The position numbers were made by a program, and so were the translations under genes. The notes under the pieces were generated by a model. That model saw only the letters and a list, made by a program, of their open reading frames with translations, did not search any database and was not told the DNA's origin. From the NCBI GenBank assembly GCA_038087875.1, contig CM075999.1:932001-996000 (forward strand): a stretch of DNA of 64,000 nt, in the 5' to 3' direction. Source of the stretch: Malacoraja senta. Lineage: Eukaryota. Shown in pieces: positions 11,765 through 22,885 of the stretch (positions within the stretch are counted from its first letter, which is position 1; each line of letters begins with the position of its first letter).

Positions 11765-12885
11765 TGGTGGTTGAGAGAATCAACATTTTCATGTTCATGG
11801 GCATGCACATCTTTGATGATCTGTCCTGGGCCCAGCACATTGCTGTAATTACAAAGAGAGTTCACCAACGCCTCTACTTTCCTCAGAAATTTTAGAAAGT
11901 TCAGCATGTTGCCGAATACTCTATTGTACTTGTACAAGTATATGGTGAGTGCATCACAGCCTGGTTCAGTAAGTCAAGTCAAGTCAAAGCACTTTATTCG
12001 TCCCCGAGGGGCAATTTAAAAGGGCGCATTACAGTAGCTTCTAAAAAAAAAGAGACACAATCAACAAACATAAGCAGCACGCATACTGCACAATCAACCA
12101 ACACACGCATCTCACAGACACACTGCACAATCACACAACACACACAGCACATCTACATTCAACACATAGTAATAATCTTCAACACATAGTAACATCCTCT
12201 AAAGTGCTTCCTTACTGCTTCAACCAGAAAGTGCATATAGAAGGCCATTTCACTTCACATGTTCGAGTCAGTGATCAGCATTAAAAAGCAGGACAGCCCT
12301 GGGGATGAAGGTTGCCTTCCTCCTCTGTGTCCGGCAACCCGGACAGCGAAGTCTGCGTCCTGAGGGGAGCCACTCAAACTCAGGAAACAGGATGTGAGAG
12401 GGGTCCTGAAGAATCCTGCGTGTCAACCTCCCAGACTGTTGGTCGCATAGAGCATTTCACCACCCAGGAATTAAGGAGGTGTCAGAAAGTGGTGGACAAT
12501 GCCCGGTCCACCACTAGTATTGATCCCCCCACCATGGAAGGGATCTACAGGAAGTGCTGCCTAAAAAAGGCAGCTGATATCATTAAGGAACCACACTACC
12601 CTGGCCATGCTCTCATCTCGTGACCATCACCATCAGGATGAAGGTACAGGAGCCTGGGAACCTTGACCTTCAGGTTCAAGAATAGCTTCTTTCCATCAAC
12701 CATCAGGCTCATGAACCACCCTGCACAGCCCCGACCACAGCCCTACCTCAGCATGGAATTAGCATGGACTATGCACGAAGAATATACTGCGTACTTTGGC
12801 TTGCACTATCACGGTCTGATTCACGTGGAATAACTGATCATTTATTATATATTTGTTTGCAGTGTTATTCGCTTTAATAGCTGCT
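11765..12885 (+). mobile_element. Degraded Rex1/Babar-type LINE 3' fragment, interrupted by an antisense repeat at ~11970-12455
   Basis: ttcatgggcatgcacatc...caacgcctctactttcctcag...caggttcaagaatagcttctt motifs of this clade. Confidence 0.55.
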
Positions 12886-12957
12886 TGCAGTGCCAGAGAT
12901 TCGGGTTCGATCCTGACTTCGGGTGCTATCTGTGTGGAGTTTACACGTTCTACCTAC
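12885..12957 (+). mobile_element. HE1-type SINE, 5' half (split by the ERV; resumes at 23549)
   Basis: ggttcgatcctgacttcgggtgct...gtggagtttacacgttct continues as gactaggtaggtttcc...cccacatccc after the 3' LTR. Confidence 0.75.
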
Positions 12958-13145
12958 TGAAAGAGCTAATAGTCAAATCTAATAGTCAAATCTAAAATGG
13001 AGTTGTTCTTCCACAAAAGCATGGTTTAGTAGAACAAAAGAATGGCTCGGTGCCAAGTCTGAATGACTTTGCAGATTATATGGAACACAATATGGAGGAC
13101 AGGTTGTCTTTTTAATAAAGACATTAAGATGGAATCCTGCATAAT

Positions 13146-13637
13146 ATTCCGGCGATGGCGACCGAGGACACTGGTGGCGACCAGAATCCGGAGGCTCGGC
13201 CGCGGGCCCGGTGGACGACATCGTCGGGAGCTTGCAGGTCACAGGTGGGTGACCTGTTTTTCTGGGGCTCCCGCAACTACAGCTGCGTCCGCTGGACTGG
13301 AGGGCGGCACCTTCGGCCACCCCGGGCCGCGGAGTTTGAACCGGCCCGTCGCGGAGCACGGATTCAGCCGCGGGATTGACTTACCATCACCCGGCGGGGT
13401 CACAACATCAGAAGCCTGGATCGCCTCAGCGCAGAGGAAGAACAAAGCGGGAAGAGACACTGACTTTAAGACTTTTGCCTCCATCACAGTGAGGAGGTGC
13501 CTGGTGAACTCACTGTGGTGGATGTTAATTTGTGTTTATTGTGTGTTTTGTTATTTATTATTATATGTATGACCGCAGGCAACGAAATTTCGTTCAGACC
13601 GAAAGGTCTGAATGACAAATAAAGGAATCTCTAATAA
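13146..13637 (+). mobile_element. 5'-truncated GC-rich non-autonomous retroelement inside the 5' LTR
   Basis: Near-identical to 58511-59010 and absent from the 3' LTR. Confidence 0.8.
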
Positions 13638-13907
13638 TAACACGTGCTTCTTTCAAGGCCATAAAGAAGCCAAGATTGAAAAAAATAGCTGACGCTCCAG
13701 CGATAAGTAATAACTTGTTATTGGATGAGCTTGATTTGGACCCAGCTTTTCCTATATTCTGAAAGGCGATAGAATCTTTCAGTCATGCCATATTCAGACT
13801 TGGTAGGAGTGTCTTACTGATAAGAAAAATATATAAACTGTGCTAACTTTCCTTTGGTCTGTAAGTGGAGCCCGAGAAGCACTGAGCAACCTTTGTGCTT
13901 GTTGTAA

Positions 13908-14877
13908 TAATAATAATAATAATACATTTTATTTATGGGCGCCTTTCAAATCTCAAGGACACCTTACAAGATTTAACAAGATTTTACAGTAGAAATATGT
14001 AAGCGGAATGAAATAAATAGTAAAGACATCACAAGTACACAAATTAAAAACAGAATTCAATCCGAACACAAAAATCAAAAACACAGTGTGGAAGAGAGAG
14101 CAGCGGCTGCTAATACGCACCAGCATCCACTCCCCCTTCCGGCAGCCATCTTGGACACAGTAAAACAATCAATTAACATTTACACACAAAAATCAGCCCC
14201 CCACAATGATTACCACTGTGGGGGAAGGCACAATGTCCAGTCCCCAACCCCAGTTCTCTCAAAGACGGCATATTGAGGCCTCCACAGTTGCCTCTACGGA
14301 GGCCCTATGTTCCTGGCCGTTCTCGCCGGGTGCAGTTGCCCCGGTGTCGGGAGAGTCCTCACAGCGGCTGGGACGGCTGGAACGGCCGATTCCCTACCGG
14401 AGTCCGTGGCTTCTGAAGCCGACAGGGCCACGCCGGTATGGAGCTCCGAGGCTCCCGATGTTAGAGTCGGCGCCGCAGTCCCGCAGCCCGGAGGTGTTGA
14501 ACTCGGCGGTCACTGTTCACCGGAGCTCCAGCGCGTCGATCCAGCGCGGCGACCCAGGCAAGGCATCGCCCGCTACGCTCCACGATAGCGCTCCAGCGCT
14601 GTGCCGCCACCAAAGCTGAAGGTGCGAGGCGGTCCCCGCCAGGAAACGCCGCTCCAGGCCCGCTGGTAGGCCGCAAGGACGGGTCGCCGGGGCAGCCCGG
14701 AGAAAAAGCCGCCTCACCGACCAGGTAGGGACCTAGAAAATAGTTTCCCCCATTACCCCCCCACAAGAAAAGTCAAATTCACCAGGAAAGATAGACACAG
14801 TTAACTAAAAACTAAAGAAAAAAGTGAAATTAACGGACGGCTGCTGGTTAGCAGCCGTTCCCCAAGATGGCTCCTCC
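13908..14877 (-). mobile_element. GC-rich non-autonomous retroelement inside the 5' LTR
   Basis: (TTA)n tail at ~13908-13924, similarity to 56250-57125, and the LTR resumes at 14878. Confidence 0.7.
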
Positions 14878-14975
14878 GTATTTGTTGTAGATCTGACGAA
14901 TCAATTAAAGATTGCCATGGTTTACCTTTAACAATTTTGCTGCTATCTGCTTTTTAAGAAACAAACTTTGACATT

Positions 14976-14993
14976 TGGCTGTAGTCGATGATT
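14976..14993 (+). promoter_or_regulatory. Degenerate primer-binding site, probably tRNA-Ser
   Basis: TGGCTGTAGTCG 2 nt after the LTR, resembling TGGCGTAGTCGGCAGG (complement of the tRNA-Ser 3' end). Confidence 0.55.
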
Positions 14994-15422
14994 ATCTGAA
15001 GGGGAGAAAACTGAGCTCTAGTCGGACCCTTTGAGTCCGGCCTCCCGAAGAAGCTTCTGGGAAAAAACTAAGGTCGCTCAGTCTGAGGTTGATCTGGTTC
15101 CAGACAAGATCCTTAGAAGCAGACAGCGAAGGTGAGACCACTTGTGTAAAGGATTGGCTTGTGTATTGGATTGGGTAAAGTAAAGGATTGGGCACGGCAG
15201 GTTTAAGGGATTTTGTCACAAGTAAAGGATTGGGCACAGCAGACTACAAAGTTTTTTTCACTAATGTGTATTGGAAAGACAAGATGTCTTGAAGAGACAG
15301 TGTTTTGAAAATACTTTTGTGACAAGGGTTTGTTACTAATATAAAGGATTGGGCATAACAGGCTGAAAAAGATTGTTACAATTTGTGTACTAAGTAAGTA
15401 ATGATTTGGAGATTGGATAGAC

Positions 15423-15587
15423 ATGGAAATAATTTGGATAAGAGTGACGGAAAGACGGCTGTACAACACGTGTTATTTGTTTCATAAGAACAACAACGAT
15501 TATAGAATATTGAATTATAAATTGACCAAATGTTTGAGTGATGAGTCTTGACCAGTAGGAGGAATATGGAATGTGGAGACTATTGAA
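15423..15587 (+). pseudogene. gag: ERV gag matrix remnant
   Basis: Frameshifted M(G)NNLDK-like start, then KLTKCLSDES*PVGGIWNVETIE, resembling the gamma-type MA motif WPxxGTFNxxxI. Confidence 0.55.
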
Positions 15588-16073
<486 letters not shown>

Positions 16074-16794
16074 TGCTTCAGATAGAACTTCAGATAGAAT
16101 GCCAGTGGGCAGAGGAATAAGAGATAAGGGCTAAGGCAGAGAAAGAAAGCGCTGTTAAGAATTCGGAGAACAGCAATTAGTAGTTAAGAACAAACCCGGT
16201 ACTGGTCAGTCCTCTATAGACCCTATGTCTGGCATGGCGAGTCTGTCTATAGAAGAAGGGGGAGGTGGCCAATCACAATCTGGATCACTGTCCAATCACA
16301 GCTCGGACCACTCCCATTTTGAACATTAGCCCGCTCACCATTACATTAAACTACTCCCTTTGTTCATTTTAAATTCTCACTCCAACAAGAAGACGACTTT
16401 TGCAAACCCTCCGAGTCCCAGTTCACAAAGTCTCTCAGGGGAATGCCCTACCTTGCAAATTCTGCACATTGGTTCCCACAGAAACAAAGATTCTTTTAAA
16501 CAGAACGGCTCTGTCAGACAAGGGAGAGGAATGTAAAGTTAATACAGAGAGACGTCTCTAATGTGCCACGTGATTTTTTTGGAAACGAGGGGGCTGAGCC
16601 ACTTTGGCTAACTCCTCTTGGACAAATTTGTGTACCTGATGTATGTTTTGCTATTCTTTTGAACTAGTTTTCTTTTAATGTTCGAAGGGAAGTATTTGTT
16701 CAAACCCAAAGCTCTCTCAAAATTATTCTAGGATGTTCTTTCAAGTTGTCACTCATCAAAGTTCTGTTCCTTATCAGATTAGATAGATCTTCAT

Positions 16795-17005
16795 GTTTAA
16801 GAAGGAACTGCAGATGCTGGAAAATCGAAGGTAGACAAAAATGCTGGAGAAACCTAGCGGGTGAGGCAGCATCTATGGAGCGAAGGAAATAGGCAAAGTT
16901 TTGGGTCAAGACCCTTCTTCAGACTAGCGGAGGAAATAGGCAATGTTTCGGGTCGAGACCCTTCTTCAGACTAGCGAAGAAAATAGGCAACGTTTCGGGT
17001 TGAGA
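16795..17005 (-). mobile_element. Penelope-derived short element with internal tandem repeats
   Basis: aaggaactgcagatgctgg...cccttcttcagact, with the ggaaataggcaa...cttcagacta unit repeated. Confidence 0.75.
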
Positions 17006-17148
17006 CATCCGAGTTGTCACTCATCCAAGTTCTGTCTTATCAGACTAGAGAGCTCACTGTTCTTTTCAAGGCTATGCTGCCAAGATACTGGCAGCTCTAT
17101 TCTACTGTGTTCAGGATTTTGCTATGTCTGTTTTATTTCTCCCAAGTC

Positions 17149-19207
17149 AGGACTCTAATAATAAAATTTCATTATATGCTGATGATATACTTTTATATAT
17201 TAGAAATTCAGAAATGAGTATCCTGAATTTACTAAACGTAATAGAGGAATTTGGCTCTTTTTCTGGATATAGAATAAATTGGAATAAAAGTGAAATTATG
17301 TCATTACAGCCCCAGAAAGCGAATCATCTATTAAAATCTCCATTTAAAATTGCAACGGAAAAATTTAAATATTTAGGTATTCAAGTTACGAGAAGATATA
17401 AATAATTATTTAATGCTAATTTTAGTCCTTTATTAAATAAATTGAACGCTCTGATTAAATTTTGTAAATCGCTCCCACTATCATTAATTGGCAGAATAAA
17501 TGCTATAAAAATGATAGTTCTACCACAAATAATATATTTATTTCAATCCATACCAATATATATACCAAAATATTTCTTTAAAAAACTAGACTCTAATATT
17601 ACTAATTTTATTTGGGACTATAAAGCACATAGAATTAAAAGAAATCATCTGTGTAAACCTAAAGATGTAGGGGGACTTGCACTGCCTACTTTTTTATATT
17701 ATTATTGGGCAGTGCATATTAAGAATATCATTTATTGGTTGGACGGCCCTTCTCAACAGATGGAATGGATAAGAATGGAGAAAGAGGATTGTTTTCCGTA
17801 CGATTTAGGAGCGATCCTCTTCTCCCCGATAAAATTGAATAATACATTATATAAGAAGAATCCAATTATACATAATATAATTCGAATTTGGAAACAAATA
17901 AAATTAACTTTAAAATTAAGGAACTTATCATCATTAACACCAATAGTGAATAATCCGGTATTTAAACCATCTTTTATGGATAAAACATATAGACAATGGG
18001 AAAGATTGGGAATTAAAAAGGTGGGTGACATGTATGAAATGGGAAATTTATTATCATTTCAACAATTAAAATCAAAATTTAATCTGAATAATAACCAATA
18101 CTTTAAATATTTACAGATATGTGACTTTATAAAAAAATATATACCAAGACTACAGAGCATAATGATAGACCCACTGGAAGAAGCAATGAATATTAAGGCA
18201 GACTCACAAAAATTAATATCATATTTATATAATAGTATTCTTAATAGAGAATTGCCATCAACAGAGGCAATTAGAGAAGACTGGGAAAAAGAATTAATGG
18301 CAAAAATTCCTAAAGAAACATGGGAGAGGTATTTGATATATATACATAAATGTTCGATTATCGCTAGACATAATTTAATTCAATTTAAAATATTACATAG
18401 ATTATATTATTCAAAAGTTATGTTGAATAAATTTTATTCAAATATTTCTCCCATCTGTGATAAATGTCTCTCAAAATGCCAATATCACACATTCTTTCGT
18501 TTCTTGCACAAAACCATGGATTTTGGTGTGATATATTTGATATATTTACTAGTTTATTTAAGATAAAAATGGAACCTAATATGGAAATGATTCTCTTCGG
18601 AGTAATAGGAGATGGAAACAAATTAAATATATCCCAAATTTCATTTTTTAATTATGGTTTAATAACAGCAAAAAAACTCATACAAATTTTGGAAAAATGC
18701 TACTATACCAACACTCAAAATGTGGATTGGTAATATGTTGGAAACTGCCCACTTGGAAGAAATGAGACTCCTCCTAATAGATAAACAAGACCAATTCTTA
18801 ACGAGTTGGTCTCCATTTATTGACCTTGTGGATTCATGTGGTGCAATAGTATTGTAAAATTAAAAAATTCTGGGGAAAAATGATTAAGAACATAAAAAAG
18901 CATTGACTTGTGGCGAGGGAGAATCTCCTTTCTGCTTCACTTTCTTACTTATTTCTTTTCTTTACTTCACACTCACTAGATTTTTCTTTACTCTTCACTA
19001 CCTTTCTTTCTCATTTCTTTCTAAAAAATTAAAAAAAATGAAGTTGTACATAGAATGTTTTAATAATTCTGGGAACCTGTAAAAAGGTACCATCAAAATG
19101 TAACGTACTTACTTCTAATAAATAAAATTTAAAAAATTTAAAAATTTAAAAATAAATAAATAAATAAAAATAAAAAATAAAAAAAATAAAATAAAAAATT
19201 AAAAAAA
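17149..19207 (+). mobile_element. L1 LINE, 5'-truncated, inserted in the ERV
   Basis: LYADDILL RT motif, GRINAIKM, GGLALP, CCHC region, A-rich tail, and 12-bp TSD ttctcccaagtc at 17137-17148 and 19208-19219. Confidence 0.92.
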
Positions 19208-19628
19208 TTCTCCCAAGTCTATCGGGATACTTGACATCCAGTCCCGAGCTATACCTATATATTCATATATCTGCCCCTTTTGATGAAATGCTCTATGTCT
19301 GATGAAATAGGATGTCATTGAATGTGCAATCTATGAAAATTAATTATTTATTCTTTGTTTTCTCTTAACTTTAAGTTCATTTTCTTCCTATTTCTTACCT
19401 TTTGAATTGAGTTAAAATAGAGACCTGAATTCCACGATGGCCATGTGGCATCCAGGTAGATGTGTTAGATGAGTTTGGAGATGCCTTTATCTCAGAACAA
19501 AATCTGTTAATTTGAAATTATAAATTTGGGGAGATAGATTGGAACAATTGGAAATATTTTTAAATTGTTTTTTTTAATAATGATCTATTTTTAAAGGATC
19601 TGCCTTGTAGGTAGTTAAAGAGTGATCT

Positions 19629-19975
19629 CACATCCCCCACCACCCGTAGAATTCTGGATTAATGGAGGGAATGAATAGGACACTAAAGAGTGTGGAAGTT
19701 AGTTATGACCTACAGGCCCACAGCAATGAATTAATTACATACGCACAGCAATTAAGCACAACCTTGTCAGTCTTGCATTCACAGGGTGGAGTGAAAACGC
19801 AGAAGCCACTGCCAGTTGAACACAGACACAGTCCATACTACTGGGAGACTACGTACTGATAAGGTAGTGGGATCGGACAAAATTGGGACTGTGTTGGAGG
19901 GGACTGTACCAGGTGCTACTATGACACCAACCGCCGTGAAGATTGAAGATTACCCCCGTTGGAGACATCTGATAC
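19629..19975 (+). pseudogene. pol: ERV integrase remnant (core end + C-terminal domain)
   Basis: HIPHHP*NSGLMEGMNRTLK (cf. YHPQSSGxVERMNRTLK), then GDYVLIR...WRGLYQVLL/TPTAVKI...RW (GPY/F module of gamma/epsilon IN). Confidence 0.85.
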
Positions 19976-19997
19976 TGTAAATGGAGGAGAACTGTAA

Positions 19998-20171
19998 ATG
20001 GAGGAGAACCAAGAAAGGACAATGGGGCTATTGACTCTACTTTTTATCCTGAGGTTGGCCCAGATGGGCTGGACTTGGGGAAACACCCCTGCACCAAGGC
20101 TGAATAAGGCTGACAACTGTCCTTACGTTTATAACACTGACCAAGATGGATCCATTACCACAGGTTCTTGA
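19998..20171 (+). pseudogene. env: ERV env N-terminal remnant (signal-peptide-like)
   Basis: MEENQERTMGLLTLLFILRLAQMGWTWG...NCPYVY immediately after the IN end. The call is positional and compositional. Confidence 0.55.
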
Positions 20172-20325
20172 AGTAACCAGAAAAAGGTGGCAGCTTATCC
20201 CAGAGCTACAGACCGAGCTGAAACAGGTGAGAAATGTGCTCACCAATGCCCAGTCTGAAAATGACCATCTCGCTTCCATCACACAGCAGCTGAAGGAGAG
20301 CAATCAGGTTGTGGAGTTGAAAAGC
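20172..20325 (+). pseudogene. BICD2: Captured BICD2-like cDNA fragment (CC1 coiled coil)
   Basis: SNQKKVAA, a deletion, then [38 protein letters not shown], against recalled BICD2 TNHKKVAA...[38 protein letters not shown]. Confidence 0.85.
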
Positions 20326-20344
20326 CTTGATTTTGGAGTGCAAC

Positions 20345-20480
20345 TCAATTACAGAACTGGATTGAAGTAAATCCCAGCCGGGATCAAACCGAGGAGCTGA
20401 GTTGGGATGGATCAGGCAGACAGTTGGCATTGATGGAGAAGGAAGAAGAATGCTGGTTTCACACGCTTGGGAGAAAGAAC
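20345..20480 (+). pseudogene. Captured CRACR2A/B-like cDNA fragment, left part
   Basis: [10 protein letters not shown]...MEKEEECWFHTLGRKN, resembling CRACR2B EEEERFHTVLEQLG. Reads in frame into 21979 once the ZNF276 insert is removed. Confidence 0.55.
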
Positions 20481-20493
20481 GACTTCATTTGTG

Positions 20494-21120
20494 AAAAGAA
20501 ACTACATTTGTGATGAATGTGGACAGACGTTCAAACAGCGGAAACACCTGTCAGTTCACCAAATGCGCCATACTGGAGCAAAACCTTTGCAGTGTGAAGT
20601 TTGTGCTTTCCAGTGCAGGCAAAGAGCATCCTTGAAATACCATATGACCAAGTACAAAGCAGAAGCTGAACTTGAATTTGCTTGTGACCAATGTGAGAAG
20701 TGGTTTGAGAAGGCTCACAATTTGAATGTTCATATGTCCATGGTTCATCCCTTGACCCAGAATACAAAAATAAAACAAACCTATTGAAATTGAATCAAGT
20801 CAGCTAAGTATAGAAACATTAATTAAGCAGGAACCCAGTTAATAGTTATTCAACAGCTAAATGATGAGTCTAAATAATCTTGCACTCTTTTTCAGTGTCA
20901 GCAAGACACAAAGGATTAACATAAATAAATGCAATCAAGCCAGACTCATCTAAAATAGAAAGACCAAAGGAAACGTTAGTGTGGAGAATATAATTCTGAG
21001 CATTATAGCACACCAGTTCCAAAGACAAAGTCCAATATCTGCAATGGGGTAGAGGTGACTCAAGCAGAATCTTAGCAATTGGAAGGACTGTTCAGAACTC
21101 TGATAACAGAGGGGAAGAAG
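20494..21120 (+). pseudogene. ZNF276: Captured ZNF276 cDNA, C-terminal part (C2H2 fingers 3-5, stop at 20787, probable 3' UTR)
   Basis: RNYICDECGQTFKQRKHLSVHQMRHTGAKPLQCEVCAFQCRQRASLKYHMTK...FACDQC...FEKAHNLNVHMSMVHPLTQ matches recalled ZNF276 and is intronless. The putative UTR includes a repeat fragment like 6020-6155. Confidence 0.9.
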
Positions 21121-21978
21121 CTAGTTGGTGTTGTGGTGAGGCAGGATTCCACTTTGCCACAGTTACATGCATTCAAGTCGCAGCATTGTTTTGAATGAGG
21201 GACAGTACCCATCCAGTAGAAATAAGGACTCAATGGAGGAAATTCTTGATGATTCAATAACCCTTTCACCCCGGAATGGGACAGTGACTGAAAATGGTGA
21301 GGGTGATAATGTTGCGAAGCATCAACCTGTCCCAGTGCTAGCAGACTTTCAGCCTTGTACAGGCAGTGGAGCCACTTCACGGTCGGTGCATGTGGACAAC
21401 TCGGAATCCCCATTGAAGAAGGATATGTTATTGTGCTCAGATCCTGAATATACAGAGTGCTCTTGGGAAAAAGTTCAGGTACAAGATGCAACTCAACCAT
21501 TAAATGTGAGAGAAAAAACAGTTAACTGCAATGAAGCATCTTGTTCTATAAGAAATTATGTTGTGGATGGATTGGAGTCCAGAGATCTTTCTGAAAGGTA
21601 TTTATCAAGTGAAGATGACAGAGAAATAAAAGTTAAGAATGGTTCTTCAGATGAGTATTTTCAACCATATTGGAAGAAGAAGAGTAAGTTACCAGTTAAG
21701 AAGTGCAATATTAAGGATGTGAAGAAACAATCTGGACAAAAACGTGGCGGGAAACCAAAGTCAAACTTGGAAAGGGAAGATTTTCCCACCATATATCGAT
21801 GTCAGTATAAAGGTTGCTGTGCTGTTTACAGAGGAGTTGACGAACTTAAGAAACACATAAAAGAGCAGCATGAAGAGGTGCGTGAAAGACCTTGCCCCCA
21901 CCCAGGATGTAACAAGGTGTTTCTGATTGATCGCTACCAGCAGCGCCATGTAAAGCTGATCCATACAGAAGAAAGAAC
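21121..21978 (+). pseudogene. ZNF276: Captured ZNF276 cDNA, upstream part (acidic/basic middle region + fingers 1-2)
   Basis: DLSERYLSSED, SSDEYFQPY, EREDFPTIYRCQYKGCCAVYRG...HEEVRERPCPHPGCNKVFLIDRYQQRHVKLIHTE. Intronless. Confidence 0.9.
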
Positions 21979-22144
21979 ATCTTTACAGATCAGGAGGAAG
22001 TGCAAAGCCTTTGGTCACAACTTCGGAAAGACAAATCACATTTGATCAACAATCTTGAAACATTTTGAGCTCTATCATATGACCAAGGGTCTAGAAAGAG
22101 AGAAGCTGAACATTTCGAAATAGATGGACCTCTTGAAAGAGATT
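21979..22144 (+). pseudogene. Captured CRACR2A/B-like cDNA fragment, right part
   Basis: IFTDQEEVQSLWSQLRKDKSHLINNLETF and ELYHMTKGLE/REKLNISK*MDLLKEI, against recalled CRACR2A [29 protein letters not shown] and [25 protein letters not shown]. Confidence 0.7.
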
Positions 22145-22885
22145 ATGCATAACCCTGTCCAGGAAGACAATGACTCAGACCTGGTGGGTAATCAGTGTGA
22201 TGACAATCAAGACATTGATGAGGATGGCAATGATGGCATTTCTGATGAGGACAATTGCCGTTTTGTTCCCAACCCTGACCAGATCGATGCGATGGTGACT
22301 GCAGAAGGGACAACTGCAAGGACGACTTTGACAACAACATCCCAGATATCTATGGCATGTGCCCCAGGAACAGCGCCATCAGTGAGACTGACCTGAGGAA
22401 GTTCCAAAGGGGATGATGCAGATTGGTCCTAACTGGGTAGTGCGCAACAAGGGCAGGGAGTTACTGCAGACCGCCAACTCTGACCCTGGCCTTGCTGTCG
22501 GATTTGAGGAATTCAACGCCATCAACTTCAGTGGCACCTTCTACGCCAACACACACCACAATCTACGGTGGCTTTGTCTTTGGCTTCCAGTCCAGCAGCT
22601 GCTTCTACGTGGTGATGTGGAAGCAGGCCACCTAAAACCTACTGGGAGGAGAAGATGTCCAAACCAATGGATACGCTAGGGTCTGGCTCAAGGTGATGAA
22701 CCCCACCACAGGCCGATAGGGGGGGAACACCTGTGCAACGATCTACGAAGAGACTGGCAACACTCTCGGACAGGTGCAAACTTTATGGCACAACCCTAAT
22801 AGCGGCTGAAAGGATTACACTGCCTGCAGGGGGCACCTGATCCATCAACCCTAAACAAGCTTCATCAGGATGGTTGTCAATGAAG
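22145..22885 (+). pseudogene. Captured thrombospondin (THBS1/THBS2 subgroup) cDNA fragment: type 3 repeats + C-terminal domain
   Basis: [106 protein letters not shown] and GNTLGQVQTLWH. Frameshifted and intronless. Confidence 0.9.

Larger units (their letters stand above)
12958..14973 (+). repeat. ERV 5' LTR (interrupted by two later insertions)
   Basis: TGAAAGAGCT...CTTTGACA. About 10 mismatches in the first 185 nt against the 3' LTR (hand count). TATA-like tatataaa near 13830 and ATTAAA at 14904. Confidence 0.88.

Noticed and set aside
20345..20500. Apparent C-type lectin end (NWI...W...KNDFICEK)
   Set aside because: FICEK comes from a short duplication of the ZNF276 NYICD codons, and the upstream part fits CRACR2 better and rejoins 21979 in frame.
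20467..22045. Native ZNF276 gene
   Set aside because: Intronless, permuted order, no N-terminal zf-AD domain, and located inside a provirus.
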